64,000 nt of DNA from Candidatus Poribacteria bacterium (GTDB lineage: Bacteria; Poribacteria; WGA-4E; WGA-3G): the NCBI GenBank assembly GCA_965198235.1, contig OZ240248.1, positions 1,312,001 through 1,376,000 of the forward strand, written 5' to 3'. Position 1 is the first letter of the stretch, and every line of letters begins with the position of its first letter. Positions 1 to 9,696 of the stretch are shown here, piece after piece. The translations under genes were made by a program, and so were the position numbers. The notes under the pieces are model-generated. The model was not told the DNA's origin. It saw nothing but the letters and a program-made list of their open reading frames with translations, and ran no database searches.

Positions 1-1
1 C

Positions 2-1120
2 CCTTTGTTACCGCCTATCTATCAGAACAGTACTTTCCGTTTCGCTACGGCTGCTGAGTGCGCTGAAGCGTTCCGAGATGAGGAGAGCGGTTATGTCTAT
101 ACGCGCTGGGGGAATCCGACGCAAGAGGTATTAGAGCAGAAACTCGCTGTCCTTGAAGCCGGCGAAGCCGCGCTCGCTACTGCGTCGGGGATGGGAGCGG
201 TCAGCACGGCATTACTGACTGCCTTAGCAGATGGTGGACATGTCGTCGCAATGGAGAACCTCTATTCCGCTACATTCCAAATCCTCAATGAAGAGTTTCC
301 ACGGTTCGGGATTGAGACTACGTTTGTTGACGCTACAGATACCACACAAATTGAGCGCGCTATCCGAGCGGATACCAAAGTCCTTTATCTTGAAAGCCCA
401 ACAAATCCGCTCCTAAAACTGGTTGACTTGGGGGCAGCTGCTGAGATTGCAAAAGCACACGGCTTAACCTCGATCATCGATAACACCTTCGCCACTCCGT
501 GCGGTCAGCAACCGATTACCTTTGGCATTGATGTCGTCGTTCACAGCATGACGAAGTACATGAGTGGTTCTGGCGCAGTTATCGCGGGTGCGATTATTGG
601 GCAAAAGGAATTCGTTGTACGTGCCAAGGAAGGGGCACTCCGCAACTTTGGTGCAGTTATCAGTCCGTTCAACGCATGGTTAACGCTTCACGGTCTCACC
701 ACCCTACCGCTGCGGTTTGCACGACACAGTGAAAACGCTACACGTGTCGCAGCGTTTCTTGAGGCGCATCCGGCAGTGGCATGGGGCCGCCACCCCAGTT
801 TGCCGAGTCACCCGCAACATGAACTCGCTAAACGCCAGATGGATGCGTTTGGTGGTATGATAACGTTGGAGTTGAAAGGTGGATGCACTGCGGGTGAACA
901 CCTCGTCGATCATCTCCAACTCTGTTCGCTGGCAGTCAGTTTGGGAGACGTGCGCACCCTCATCTGCCATCCTGCATCAACAACGCATTCACATGTTCCC
1001 GCAGGAATCCAGCGGCGGACCGGAATTACGGATGGCTTAGTCAGGATTTCCATCGGGCTGGAAGATGCCGAAGATATTATCGCCGACCTCGGACAGGCGT
1101 TAGAGTCCTACACTCCTTAA
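2..1120 (+). CDS. Cys/Met metabolism PLP-dependent enzyme (methionine gamma-lyase / cystathionine gamma-synthase family), 5' end outside window
   Basis: PPIYQ, YTRWGNPT, ASGMGA, LESPTNP, DNTFATP, HSMTKY (PLP lysine), SLGD, RISIGLED motifs; frame is open to the window edge. Confidence 0.9.
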   Translation, partial: PLLPPIYQNSTFRFATAAECAEAFRDEESGYVYTRWGNPTQEVLEQKLAVLEAGEAALATASGMGAVSTALLTALADGGHVVAMENLYSATFQILNEEFPRFGIETTFVDATDTTQIERAIRADTKVLYLESPTNPLLKLVDLGAAAEIAKAHGLTSIIDNTFATPCGQQPITFGIDVVVHSMTKYMSGSGAVIAGAIIGQKEFVVRAKEGALRNFGAVISPFNAWLTLHGLTTLPLRFARHSENATRVAAFLEAHPAVAWGRHPSLPSHPQHELAKRQMDAFGGMITLELKGGCTAGEHLVDHLQLCSLAVSLGDVRTLICHPASTTHSHVPAGIQRRTGITDGLVRISIGLEDAEDIIADLGQALESYTP

Positions 1121-2338
1121 ATTTTGGATGTAATTCTCATTGATATTATTTGACGGATGGGTTGCCTCTTTGTGGGGTTCCGGAAATTCTGTGATCAACT
1201 TCTGATACGCGTCTACCGCTAAATCCGTGTCGCCACCGTCCTCATGGATTTTGCCAACCGAATATTGTGCTGCCCGCCGGGTGTCGTAATCGTAACTATT
1301 GTTATCCGCAACCTTCTGATACGCGTCAATGGCACTTGCCATATCGTTATTGGCATAGGCGATTTGCCCGATATAAATCTGTGAGTTGGCGGCGTTTTCA
1401 TTGCGCGGATACAGGTCAATGGCTTCTTCAAGTCGAGCGATGGCTTCGTCGTATTTGCCGAGCCGTTCATACGCCCATCCCATATAAAAGTACGCATCCT
1501 TCCCAACCTTGGTGTCTGGATAGAGGTCTATAACTTTCTGGTAGTCGTCAATCGCCTCCTGATATTTTCCCTCCGCGAAATACGATTGCGGGATACCGAA
1601 ACTCGCAATCGGTGCAAGGTCCGGGTCTCCGGAATCAACGACGTTTGCGAATTCCACTCGTGCGTTTTCATAGTCCTGCTTCCTAAGGTAAATTTCGCCG
1701 GTGACGTATAGAATCTGGTAAAGCAGGGGGTTGTCACTGAATGGTTCTCTGAGTGCATCAAACTGGGCAAGTGCGAGATTCAATTCACCCTTGCCATAGT
1801 AACACATGGCTGTATTGAACTGCGCCTGATCTGACAGTTCACTACCGGGGTATACCGCAATTAATTGATTGTAAAGTGCAAGAGCACGGTCATAGTAAGC
1901 ATCCACGGATTCAAGGGTGCCGGTCCTTTTTAACTGCTCCGCGATCTGATAGGAGGCGAAAGCGATGGCGTACATCGAATCATCTGTCCACTCACTATCT
2001 GGATAATTGTTAATAAGTCGGCGGAAGAGTGCGAAAGCCTCTTCATCGGTGCGTGGAATTCGTGAAGCGAGTTGATAGATAGCGTCGTCTCCCCACAAAC
2101 TGTCGGGGTATTTGTCGAAGACTTCGCGGTATGCGGCTCTGACTTTGCGTAAACGGTTTTTGTCTGGTTCGTCAAGTGTTATGGGTGGATTATCGAGTCT
2201 CTGTGCTGCTGTCCAGGCTTTGTCGGCGTTGTCGTAATAGTTTTCGTAACTCTTGTCGTTACTGGTAAAGCGCCCGAGCCAGAACCCAGCAACGAGCGCG
2301 AGCACAACGCAAATTTCTGCGATTATGAATTTCTTCAT
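1100..2338 (-). CDS. Tetratricopeptide-repeat protein with N-terminal membrane anchor/signal (BamD/YbgF-like TPRs)
   Basis: Repeated TPR units ending in YPDS/YPGS/YPDT; hydrophobic N-terminus; ATG 2338 preceded by AGGAG. Confidence 0.85.
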   Translation of the reverse strand: MKKFIIAEICVVLALVAGFWLGRFTSNDKSYENYYDNADKAWTAAQRLDNPPITLDEPDKNRLRKVRAAYREVFDKYPDSLWGDDAIYQLASRIPRTDEEAFALFRRLINNYPDSEWTDDSMYAIAFASYQIAEQLKRTGTLESVDAYYDRALALYNQLIAVYPGSELSDQAQFNTAMCYYGKGELNLALAQFDALREPFSDNPLLYQILYVTGEIYLRKQDYENARVEFANVVDSGDPDLAPIASFGIPQSYFAEGKYQEAIDDYQKVIDLYPDTKVGKDAYFYMGWAYERLGKYDEAIARLEEAIDLYPRNENAANSQIYIGQIAYANNDMASAIDAYQKVADNNSYDYDTRRAAQYSVGKIHEDGGDTDLAVDAYQKLITEFPEPHKEATHPSNNINENYIQNLRSVGL

Positions 2339-2371
2339 CTTTTTTCTCCTTGGCAAGTATTGGTTCAGACT

Positions 2372-2400
2372 ATACTAACAAGGTCTCCGAAATATGTCAA
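2372..2400 (-). promoter_or_regulatory. sigma70-type promoter for TPR gene
   Basis: TTGACA-17bp-TAGTAT on minus strand. Confidence 0.5.
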
Positions 2401-2443
2401 GTGTAGTTTATGGTAGCGTCCAAATGAATATACCTTTTGCTGT

Positions 2444-2557
2444 AGCAAATTTTATGCCGAGCTGAACCATACCGACCGCTGCAATTTTTAGCCGAATACC
2501 GAGAAAGTACTGCACGAAATGGGGCATACTTTATGTTCAGTTGCACGGAATCGGGCA
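2444..2557 (-). promoter_or_regulatory. sigma54 promoter (2444-2459) with paired upstream enhancer-like sites (2511-2526, 2542-2557)
   Basis: CGGCATAAAATTTGCT (GG-N10-GC); TGCACGAAATGGGGCA and TGCACGGAATCGGGCA 31 bp apart; same layout at 35071-35185. Confidence 0.6.
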
Positions 2558-2580
2558 AATTGACAAAGCCTTTAATTTGC

Positions 2581-2609
2581 TTGACAACATGAGGGCGGTT
2601 TGATAAAAT
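2581..2609 (+). promoter_or_regulatory. sigma70 promoter of amino-acid ABC transporter operon
   Basis: TTGACA-17bp-TAAAAT. Confidence 0.7.
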
Positions 2610-2755
2610 GTATAAAATATAACACTCGCTTTTCTTTCTTAAGAAGAGCGTAAAAGAGATTTTAGTAAAATTGTTAGCAATTATAACTAACTTTAATCAA
2701 GGTCCTTCGCTAACGATCCCTATGGCGGGGATTACATTGAAAGGAGAGGATTTCT

Positions 2756-3772
2756 GTGCGTAAATTTTTGTTTCGCGTTTCCGCATTAGTTTTAGCAATT
2801 GCGTTGGTAGCCCCATTACTCGCCGAAGGTGAGGGAAGTGTTCTGGACAGAGTAAAAAATAGAGGGCGATTGATATGTGGGGTACATGGAGGTTTACCCG
2901 GCTTCAGCTTCCTAAGTGAAGATGGAAATTGGAGCGGTTTTGATGTGGATTATGGTAGGGCAATCGCTGCCGCTGTTCTCGGTAACCCTGACAAGGTTGA
3001 ATTCGTTCCCTTGAAAGCCCCCGAACGTTTTCCTGCCTTACAGACGGGGGAAATAGATGTCTTAATTCGAAACACAACATGGACACTGACTCGCGACACC
3101 CAAGTCGGTGCCGACTTTGCACCCCCAACCTTTTACGATGGACAGGGATTTATGCTTCGCAAGGATCTCGGCATCACATCTATAGAGGAATTGGCAGGCG
3201 CGAGTATCGGTGTAACGGCGGGTAGCACCACCGAGTTAAATTTGACGGATACAATGCGAGCTTTAGGTGTCGAATTTAATCCCGTTGTCGTTGAAGAAAC
3301 GGATACACTCTTCAACAGTTACGAACAAGGGCGTTGTGACGTTGTGACCTCTGATAAATCCCAGTTGGTAGCACGCCGCCAAGTCCTCAAGGATCCAGAG
3401 GCACATATTATCCTTGACGCGACGATCTCGAAGGAGCCGTTGGGTCCTGTCACGGTACATGGTGATAACAAATGGAACGATGTCGTGAGTTGGGTGGTTT
3501 ACGCGACGTTCTTCGCCGAAGAACACGGAATTACGAAAGCCAATGTCGGTGCTTTTGAAACTGGCAATCCTGAGATTAAACGTTTCTTAGGGAAGACCGG
3601 CGATACAGGGAAACAACTGAGTCTGTCGAAAGATTGGGCACATCAAGTGGTAGGTGCTGTCGGCAACTACGGTGAAATCTTTGAGCGCAATCTCACGCCG
3701 CTTGGCTTGCCACGCGGGGTCAATAAGCCGTGGACGCAAGGCGGACTACTCTACGCGATGCCCTTCCGTTAG
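2756..3772 (+). CDS. aapJ: General L-amino acid ABC transporter substrate-binding protein
   Basis: Signal peptide; GFDVD, RF.ALQTGEIDVL.RNTTWT.TRD, FYDGQGF, ISKEPLGP, VGNYGEIF, GGLLYA.PFR. Confidence 0.92.
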   Translation: MRKFLFRVSALVLAIALVAPLLAEGEGSVLDRVKNRGRLICGVHGGLPGFSFLSEDGNWSGFDVDYGRAIAAAVLGNPDKVEFVPLKAPERFPALQTGEIDVLIRNTTWTLTRDTQVGADFAPPTFYDGQGFMLRKDLGITSIEELAGASIGVTAGSTTELNLTDTMRALGVEFNPVVVEETDTLFNSYEQGRCDVVTSDKSQLVARRQVLKDPEAHIILDATISKEPLGPVTVHGDNKWNDVVSWVVYATFFAEEHGITKANVGAFETGNPEIKRFLGKTGDTGKQLSLSKDWAHQVVGAVGNYGEIFERNLTPLGLPRGVNKPWTQGGLLYAMPFR

Positions 3773-3774
3773 AG

Positions 3775-3993
3775 ATTTTAATTTTTCCTTTTAAGGGGTG
3801 GTTGGATGTTTGTGGCGGTGGCTAACGTTATAATTGGCATCGTCCGCCTGCGTGCCTATAATGTAGAACAGATAATCCAAAGCACATAGCCCGTAATGAA
3901 ATGGAGGGGTTTTTGCTGGGGTATTTCTTCAGATTTAAGCAAGGAACGTCATACCCCGAACCCACTTTGTGTAACCGCAAGGTAAAATTAAAA
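3775..3993. mobile_element. MITE-like element (AGCCCGTAATGAAATGGAGG family)
   Basis: Ends TTTTAATTTTTCCTT / AAGGTAAAATTAAAAA; internal motif shared with 6595-6752 and 24396-24410. Confidence 0.55.
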
Positions 3994-4001
3994 AGCAATC
4001 T

Positions 4002-5153
4002 ATGAGCATTCCCTTCTGGCGAGACATCCGCGTCCTACGCGTGCTCCTCCAAGTCCTTTTTCTCATTGGTATTTTCCTGTTGGCAGGGGTTCTCTATACA
4101 AATATGATCAGGGGGTTGAGCAACCTCGGATTAACGCTTAACCTCGATTTTCTGGGGAATGAAGCCGGGTTTGATATCTCCGAAGGGATTGAATACGACC
4201 CCTCAGAAACGTATCTCAAAGCGTTCTGCGTCGGGGTCGTGAATACCCTTAAGGTGAGTTTAATCGGCATTGTATGTGCGACGATTTTGGGGCTTGTTGT
4301 CGGTATCGCTCGCCTCTCAAGTAACTGGCTAATCCGAACCATAGCCGCTATTTATGTTGAATGTTTTCGTAACATTCCACTCTTGCTCCAGATACTGTTT
4401 TGGTACACTGCCGTAATCCTCCAGTTTCCAAGGGTCCGAGAGAGTCTCTCGTTGTTCGGAAGCGTGTTCATCAATCAGCGAGGTGTCTACCTTCCTTCAC
4501 CTGAACCTACTGCTGGTTTGAAGGTGTGGGGCGGATTTCTTCTTGCTGGCTTTGTTTTGGCGGTGATCCTTTATGTCCTGCGTGCGAAACAACTCCAGCA
4601 GCTGGAACGTCCCGGTTTTCGCGCGAAGTGGGCACTGCCGGCTTTCCTAATCATTGCGATTTTCGGATGGGTTCTGACACCGGAAAAACCGTTCACACTC
4701 GATTTTCCGGTCTTAGGGGGTTTCAACTTCGTTGGAGGATTGAGTTTATCACCTGAGTTCTCTGCGCTTTTAATCGGACTTTCTGTTTACACTGGAGCAT
4801 TCATCGCTGAAATCGTGAGAAGTGGAATACAGGCTGTCGCGAAGGGGCAACGGGAAGCCGCGAAAGCCGTCGGTTTAAGCGAAGCGCAAACCTTACAGTT
4901 AGTCGTTCTACCGCAAGCGATTCCGATCATCGTGCCGCCGCTCACCAGCCAGTATTTGAACATCGCTAAAAACTCCAGTTTGGCGATCGCAATCGGTTTC
5001 CCTGATGTGTTTAGTATTGGCAACACAATGATGCTGCAAACCGGACAGTCCATCCCTGTGTTCGCGATGATTATGGTGAGTTACCTGATTATGAGTTTAA
5101 CGACATCGGCTGGTATGAATTGGTACAATCGCTGGATTACCCGTAACCGTTAA
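4002..5153 (+). CDS. aapQ: Amino acid ABC transporter permease
   Basis: AGFDI.E, FRNIPLLLQ, AFIAEIVRSGI.AV.KGQ.EAA, KNSSLAIAIG. Confidence 0.9.
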   Translation: MSIPFWRDIRVLRVLLQVLFLIGIFLLAGVLYTNMIRGLSNLGLTLNLDFLGNEAGFDISEGIEYDPSETYLKAFCVGVVNTLKVSLIGIVCATILGLVVGIARLSSNWLIRTIAAIYVECFRNIPLLLQILFWYTAVILQFPRVRESLSLFGSVFINQRGVYLPSPEPTAGLKVWGGFLLAGFVLAVILYVLRAKQLQQLERPGFRAKWALPAFLIIAIFGWVLTPEKPFTLDFPVLGGFNFVGGLSLSPEFSALLIGLSVYTGAFIAEIVRSGIQAVAKGQREAAKAVGLSEAQTLQLVVLPQAIPIIVPPLTSQYLNIAKNSSLAIAIGFPDVFSIGNTMMLQTGQSIPVFAMIMVSYLIMSLTTSAGMNWYNRWITRNR

Positions 5154-5305
5154 AAAAACCCTTGACTTCGGCGCATCGCTCCGCTACATTTCACGATGGT
5201 TTCTGGTCAATTTCAAGGAAACTAAACCCCGTAGGGGTGAAATCTCTGTAGGGGAACCAGAAGCCAATAAATTAAAAAATGCCCAGGAGTCCATAGTTTG
5301 AAAAT
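5150..5305. repeat. Intergenic repeat family ending TAAATTAAAAAATGCCCAGGAG.CCATAGTTT
   Basis: Homologous to 16436-16617 and 24225-24438 (GCTCC..TACATT.C.C..TGGTTT.TGGT.AA ... CCATAGTT). Confidence 0.6.
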
Positions 5306-6446
5306 TTTGTCATGGTGTAAAGAGAACCTGTTTAGCACGTGGTACAATACCCTGTTGACAATCGTCGCGCTCGGTTTCGTGTACTTTCTTTTGAAGGGAA
5401 TTTTAACATGGGCGTTCACGGATGCAAATTGGGGCGTTATCCCTGCGAACCTGCAACTTTTTTCAGTCGGGGCTTATCCGAGAGCCGAGATATGGCGGGT
5501 GTGGGTTGTCCTTTATACCGTGTGTGCCCTGTTGGGTTTAAGTGGCGGAGTTTGGGGAGGGCTCCCATTCCGATTTGCTCTCGGTATCGGTAGTATTGGA
5601 TTTGTATGTGTGCTCCTGCCCCTGTTTGAATGGGCAACACGTGGGTGGATATTCGGCAGCGTGGCGTTACTCGGTGCCTTTCTTGCTCTTGGTGTCAACA
5701 TCCGAGGCTTGGTTTCAAAAGTACGTCCTTGGATATTGGGTGCATGGCTATTCTCTTTCCCGTGGACGTTGATAATGCTACGCGGCTTCGGCGAAAATTC
5801 TGTTCTTACTACGAATTGGGGAGGACTCCTCCTAACACTGATTCTGGCGGCTGTCGGTATCGTCTTCTGTTTTCCACTCGGCGTACTTTTAGCATTGGGG
5901 CGACGGAGCACTTTTCCGGCTGTCAAGTGGGTTTCGACCGCCTATATTGAGTTAATTCGCGGTGTGCCATTGATAACAATCCTATTCATGGCACAGATCA
6001 TGATTCCTATTTTTATGCCGAATGTCCGCCTCGACAAAGTCTTGCGTGCCATGCTGGGGATAACGCTTTTCTCTGCCGCTTATATGGCGGAGAACGTCCG
6101 GGGCGGACTTCAAGCGGTTCCAAAAGGGCAATATGAAGCTGCGCACGCCCTGGGACTCAATTATCCACTAACGACGCTATTTATTATCTTGCCACAGGCA
6201 CTACGCTCCGTCATACCGGCGATTGTTGGGCAGTTCATAGCACTCTTCAAGGATACATCTCTCGTTACAATTGTTGGATTGTTGGATCTTTTGGGCATAG
6301 CGAAAACAGTCATAGCGAACCCGAATTGGTTGGGACTGCAAGCCGAGGTATACCTATTTGTTGCGGTGATCTATTTTGTGTTCAGTTACTCGATGTCCTA
6401 TGTCAGTCAGAGAATTGAAACAGCACTCGGTGTTGGAAAAACTTAG
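5298..6446 (+). CDS. aapM: Amino acid ABC transporter permease
   Basis: NLFSTWYN, WGGLLLTL, IRGVPLIT, AYMAENVRGGLQAVPKGQYEAA, FKDTSLV. Confidence 0.9.
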   Translation: MKILSWCKENLFSTWYNTLLTIVALGFVYFLLKGILTWAFTDANWGVIPANLQLFSVGAYPRAEIWRVWVVLYTVCALLGLSGGVWGGLPFRFALGIGSIGFVCVLLPLFEWATRGWIFGSVALLGAFLALGVNIRGLVSKVRPWILGAWLFSFPWTLIMLRGFGENSVLTTNWGGLLLTLILAAVGIVFCFPLGVLLALGRRSTFPAVKWVSTAYIELIRGVPLITILFMAQIMIPIFMPNVRLDKVLRAMLGITLFSAAYMAENVRGGLQAVPKGQYEAAHALGLNYPLTTLFIILPQALRSVIPAIVGQFIALFKDTSLVTIVGLLDLLGIAKTVIANPNWLGLQAEVYLFVAVIYFVFSYSMSYVSQRIETALGVGKT

Positions 6447-6710
6447 GAATAGTTGTCAGAAGAATAGTTGTCGGTTCGGATTTTTTCAAAAAAGCCTTTC
6501 AGGAGTCAGTTGTCGGACGAAGACGAAAGGATTATCGAAGTCCTCTTTTAACTGAAAACTGATAACTATTTACCAGCCTACTTCATTTAACCGCAAGTTT
6601 TTAATTAATGGTCTCTTGGACTGCGCTCCACTTCGTTACGCGCAGGTATCTGGCGAAGACCGTAGCCCGTAATGAAATGGAGGGCGGTTCTACGGAAAGG
6701 CACGTCGCAG

Positions 6711-7484
6711 ATGAAGACTCACCTGACCGAACCGCAAGGAAAAATTAAAAAGCCGATTATTGTCTGTGAAGATGTACATAAATGGTTTGACGATTTCCAT
6801 GTCCTCAGAGGGATTACGACCTCATTCCAAAAGGGCGAAAAGGCAGTAATATGTGGCCCCTCTGGATCGGGCAAATCCACGTTCATTCGGACACTGAACC
6901 GTTTGGAAGAGCATCAGCGTGGCAAAATTGTCGTTGATGGCGTTGAGCTCAGTGATGATCTCCGCAATATCAATCTTATCCGTCAGGAAGTCGGTATGGT
7001 GTTCCAGCAGTTCAACCTGTTTCCTCATCTGACGAACCTACAGAATATCACCTTAGGTCCCATCAGGGTCAGAAAGATGACAAAAAGTGAAGCAGAAGAG
7101 GTCGCTTTATCGCTTTTAGAACGGGTCGATATTGCAGATCAGGCGTACAAGTACCCCGCAGAAATTTCGGGTGGGCAACAACAGCGGGTCGCAATCGCAA
7201 GGGCATTGGCGATGGAACCAAAGATTATGCTTTTCGATGAACCGACAAGTGCACTCGATCCGGAGATGATCACGGAAGTTTTAGATGTGATGCGTGAACT
7301 CGCACGTTCCGGGATGACCATGCTTGTTGTTACACATGAAATGGGGTTTGCACGTGAAGTCGCCGATCGGATCCTCTTCTTTGATGAGGGTGCGATTGTC
7401 GAGGATGCGGCACCCGCAGATTTCTTTGATAACCCACAGCACGAACGCACGAAGCTTTTCATCTCGCAAACGCTGCAACATTAG
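6711..7484 (+). CDS. aapP: Amino acid ABC transporter ATP-binding protein
   Basis: Walker [36 protein letters not shown]; N-terminal residues overlap a repeat element. Confidence 0.92.
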   Translation: MKTHLTEPQGKIKKPIIVCEDVHKWFDDFHVLRGITTSFQKGEKAVICGPSGSGKSTFIRTLNRLEEHQRGKIVVDGVELSDDLRNINLIRQEVGMVFQQFNLFPHLTNLQNITLGPIRVRKMTKSEAEEVALSLLERVDIADQAYKYPAEISGGQQQRVAIARALAMEPKIMLFDEPTSALDPEMITEVLDVMRELARSGMTMLVVTHEMGFAREVADRILFFDEGAIVEDAAPADFFDNPQHERTKLFISQTLQH

Positions 7485-7624
7485 AATTCAAGTTAGGGGT
7501 CAAAGTTGCTATACAATTTGTCGTACACACTTTCGAGCAAACAGGACACGATGTGAATATTCGCGTCATTTCTGCTCGTAAAGCCACCCGAGCCGAAATC
7601 AAACAATATGAGGAATTTAACTGA
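7481..7624 (+). pseudogene. Truncated BrnT-family toxin (C-terminal remnant)
   Basis: Frame reads ...VVHTFEQTGHDVNIRVISARKATRAEIKQYEEFN*, the BrnT IRIISARKA signature; no start or N-terminus; TGA overlaps antitoxin ATG. Confidence 0.7.
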
Positions 7625-7824
7625 TGAAAGCAGAATATGATTTTTCAAAAGGTGAACGCGGTAAGTTCTACAATGCAGAAGCTGTTTTCCAAACTCCTAT
7701 CTATCTGGAAAAAGATGTTGATGACTTTATACGTCATCTTGCCGATGCCAAAGGAAAGGACGTTGGCGAACTTGTCAACGAATTGCTCCGCCGCAATATG
7801 CAGTTGATTCAGAGTATCCAATAA
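7624..7824 (+). CDS. BrnA-like / ribbon-helix-helix antitoxin
   Basis: MKAEYDFSKGERGKFY N-terminus typical of BrnT-associated antitoxins; follows toxin remnant. Confidence 0.75.
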   Translation: MKAEYDFSKGERGKFYNAEAVFQTPIYLEKDVDDFIRHLADAKGKDVGELVNELLRRNMQLIQSIQ

Positions 7825-7843
7825 ACAAACGGAGTGTCGCCTC

Positions 7844-8602
7844 ATGCGGTTGAACGATAAAATTGCCATTGTCACAGGAGCTGGACGCGGTATCGGTAGA
7901 GCGATAGCCCTTCGCTTCGCTGAGGAAGGGGCTAAAATCGTCGTTGATGACGTGAACGATGCCTTGGGAACAGCAACCGTCTCTGCTATCATTGATGCGG
8001 GCGGTGAGGCACTGTTCGTCAATGCCGATGTCTCTGATACTGCTCAGGCAGAAAGTCTGATTGCGAGGACTGTTGATACCTACGGTACGGTCGACATTTT
8101 GGTGAACAATGCTATCTGTTCCACTGCCGATGTGCTGAACAACAACTGGGAGGCGAACTTGGCGGTCGCGCTCCAAGGCACCAGCCACTGTTCTAACGCC
8201 GTTATCCCTGTGATGCAAGAGGCTGGAGGCGGTAGCATTGTCAATATCGCTTCTGTCAATGGACTCATCGGGTTACAGGCGATCCACGCGTATTCTGCTG
8301 CGAAAGGTGGTGTTATCGCCTTGACCCGATCTATGGCAGTTGCACACGGTAAAGACAACATCCGTATCAACTGTATCTGTCCTGGGACGATTCAAACCGA
8401 AGTCTGGGAGCCGATGATTGAACGTAACCCACAGATCCTGGATGAGATCACGCCGTGGTATCCGTTAGGACGGATTGGGCAACCTATTGACATCGCGAAT
8501 ACCGCGCTCTTCCTTGCCTCTGATGAAGCGAGTTTTGCAACGGGGGCAGTCTTCGTCATTGATGGTGGGTTGACCGCGGGCAATCACCAATTTCCGATCT
8601 GA
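7844..8602 (+). CDS. SDR family NAD(P)-dependent oxidoreductase
   Basis: TGAGRGIG, NNA, YSAAKGG, PG.I.T, DGG. Confidence 0.92.
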   Translation: MRLNDKIAIVTGAGRGIGRAIALRFAEEGAKIVVDDVNDALGTATVSAIIDAGGEALFVNADVSDTAQAESLIARTVDTYGTVDILVNNAICSTADVLNNNWEANLAVALQGTSHCSNAVIPVMQEAGGGSIVNIASVNGLIGLQAIHAYSAAKGGVIALTRSMAVAHGKDNIRINCICPGTIQTEVWEPMIERNPQILDEITPWYPLGRIGQPIDIANTALFLASDEASFATGAVFVIDGGLTAGNHQFPI

Positions 8603-8662
8603 CAGTTGGTAGAAGGGAACACCTAATTCAGACGCAGGACAATTGACACACGGAGGAACACA

Positions 8663-9514
8663 ATGGTAACACAGGAACAGATCAATTTTTTTCAAGAAAA
8701 CGGCTATCTCAAGTTCGGGAGAGTCTTAGATAGCGATGGCGTTGAAGCCATGCGCGCGGGCTTAGATGCGGTCATTGAGTTGGAACTTAACGAGGGCGAC
8801 GATTCCTCGCCAGAGTTCAAGTACGGACACGACCGACGCGAGAACCGACTCAATCGGGGAAGCGGTCACCCGCGCGCGATTCATCAATACGTGAACATGT
8901 GGAAACGGGATTCCCATTATGAGGCAGCCATTCATCATCCGCTCATCGCTGGGACGGTACGTGCGCTGCTCGATACTCCCGAAGTACGACTCTGGCACGA
9001 TCAGGTTATTTCCAAACCACCGGATGATAACGGACATTTCGCATTCCATCACGACTTCTTCTTTTGGCCCCTCAGTCCACCGAACATTGTGAGTTGCTGG
9101 CTCGCTTTGGACGATGCAACGGTGGATAGCGGGTGCATGCACGTTATGCCGAAGAGCCACAAAGACGAACGCTTTTCCGTCGCCGCGAGGGCTACGGCAA
9201 ATGCAGCAGCGGCGAAGGCGCGCGAAGAAGGGCGAGAACTACCTCCCGACCAGTGGGCAGAAAGACGGGAATTGAGCATCGATCACGGCATTCCGGTGGA
9301 ATTGAAAGCAGGCGAATGTATGTTTCATCATTGCCTTAACTTCCACGGCACGCCACCGAATGTCACGGAACGTCAACGCCGTGCGTTCGTGATGATTTTC
9401 ATGGCGCAAGACGTCTGCTATAACAACGCCCAATCGTCGAACCACGTCCTCGTTCCAACAATCGAGGTAGAGGATGGTGAACCGCTCGTCGGTGACGCGT
9501 TCCCAGTAGGGTAA
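8663..9514 (+). CDS. Phytanoyl-CoA dioxygenase (PhyH) family 2OG-Fe(II) protein
   Basis: QINFFQENGY, HHD facial-triad motif, WLALDDATVDSGCM, FHHCLNFHGTPPN, RRA. Confidence 0.88.
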   Translation: MVTQEQINFFQENGYLKFGRVLDSDGVEAMRAGLDAVIELELNEGDDSSPEFKYGHDRRENRLNRGSGHPRAIHQYVNMWKRDSHYEAAIHHPLIAGTVRALLDTPEVRLWHDQVISKPPDDNGHFAFHHDFFFWPLSPPNIVSCWLALDDATVDSGCMHVMPKSHKDERFSVAARATANAAAAKAREEGRELPPDQWAERRELSIDHGIPVELKAGECMFHHCLNFHGTPPNVTERQRRAFVMIFMAQDVCYNNAQSSNHVLVPTIEVEDGEPLVGDAFPVG

Positions 9515-9528
9515 CTGTGCATGGAATC

Positions 9529-9642
9529 GGGGTGTTTTTGCTTGGGGTGTTTTTGATAGGGTATTTCTGCGTATTGCTTGGGGTGTTTTTGCTTGGGGTT
9601 TTTGCTTGGGTGTTTCCCTGCGTATTGATAGGGTGTTTCCCC
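9529..9642 (+). repeat. G/T-rich mosaic short-unit repeat array
   Basis: Units GGGGTGTTTTTGCTT, GGGGTTTTTGATA, GGGTATTTCTGCGTATT; recurs at 13900-14101 and about eight other sites. Confidence 0.85.
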
Positions 9643-9696
9643 AATTTCCTCAATTTTCCCCTCCTACAGCAGAGGTGCCGAGGTAAGGATAACGAC

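Noticed and set aside
9517-9696. Hydrophobic N-terminal extension of the AAA ATPase
   Set aside because: It is the translation of the G/T repeat array; the family start is ATG 9697
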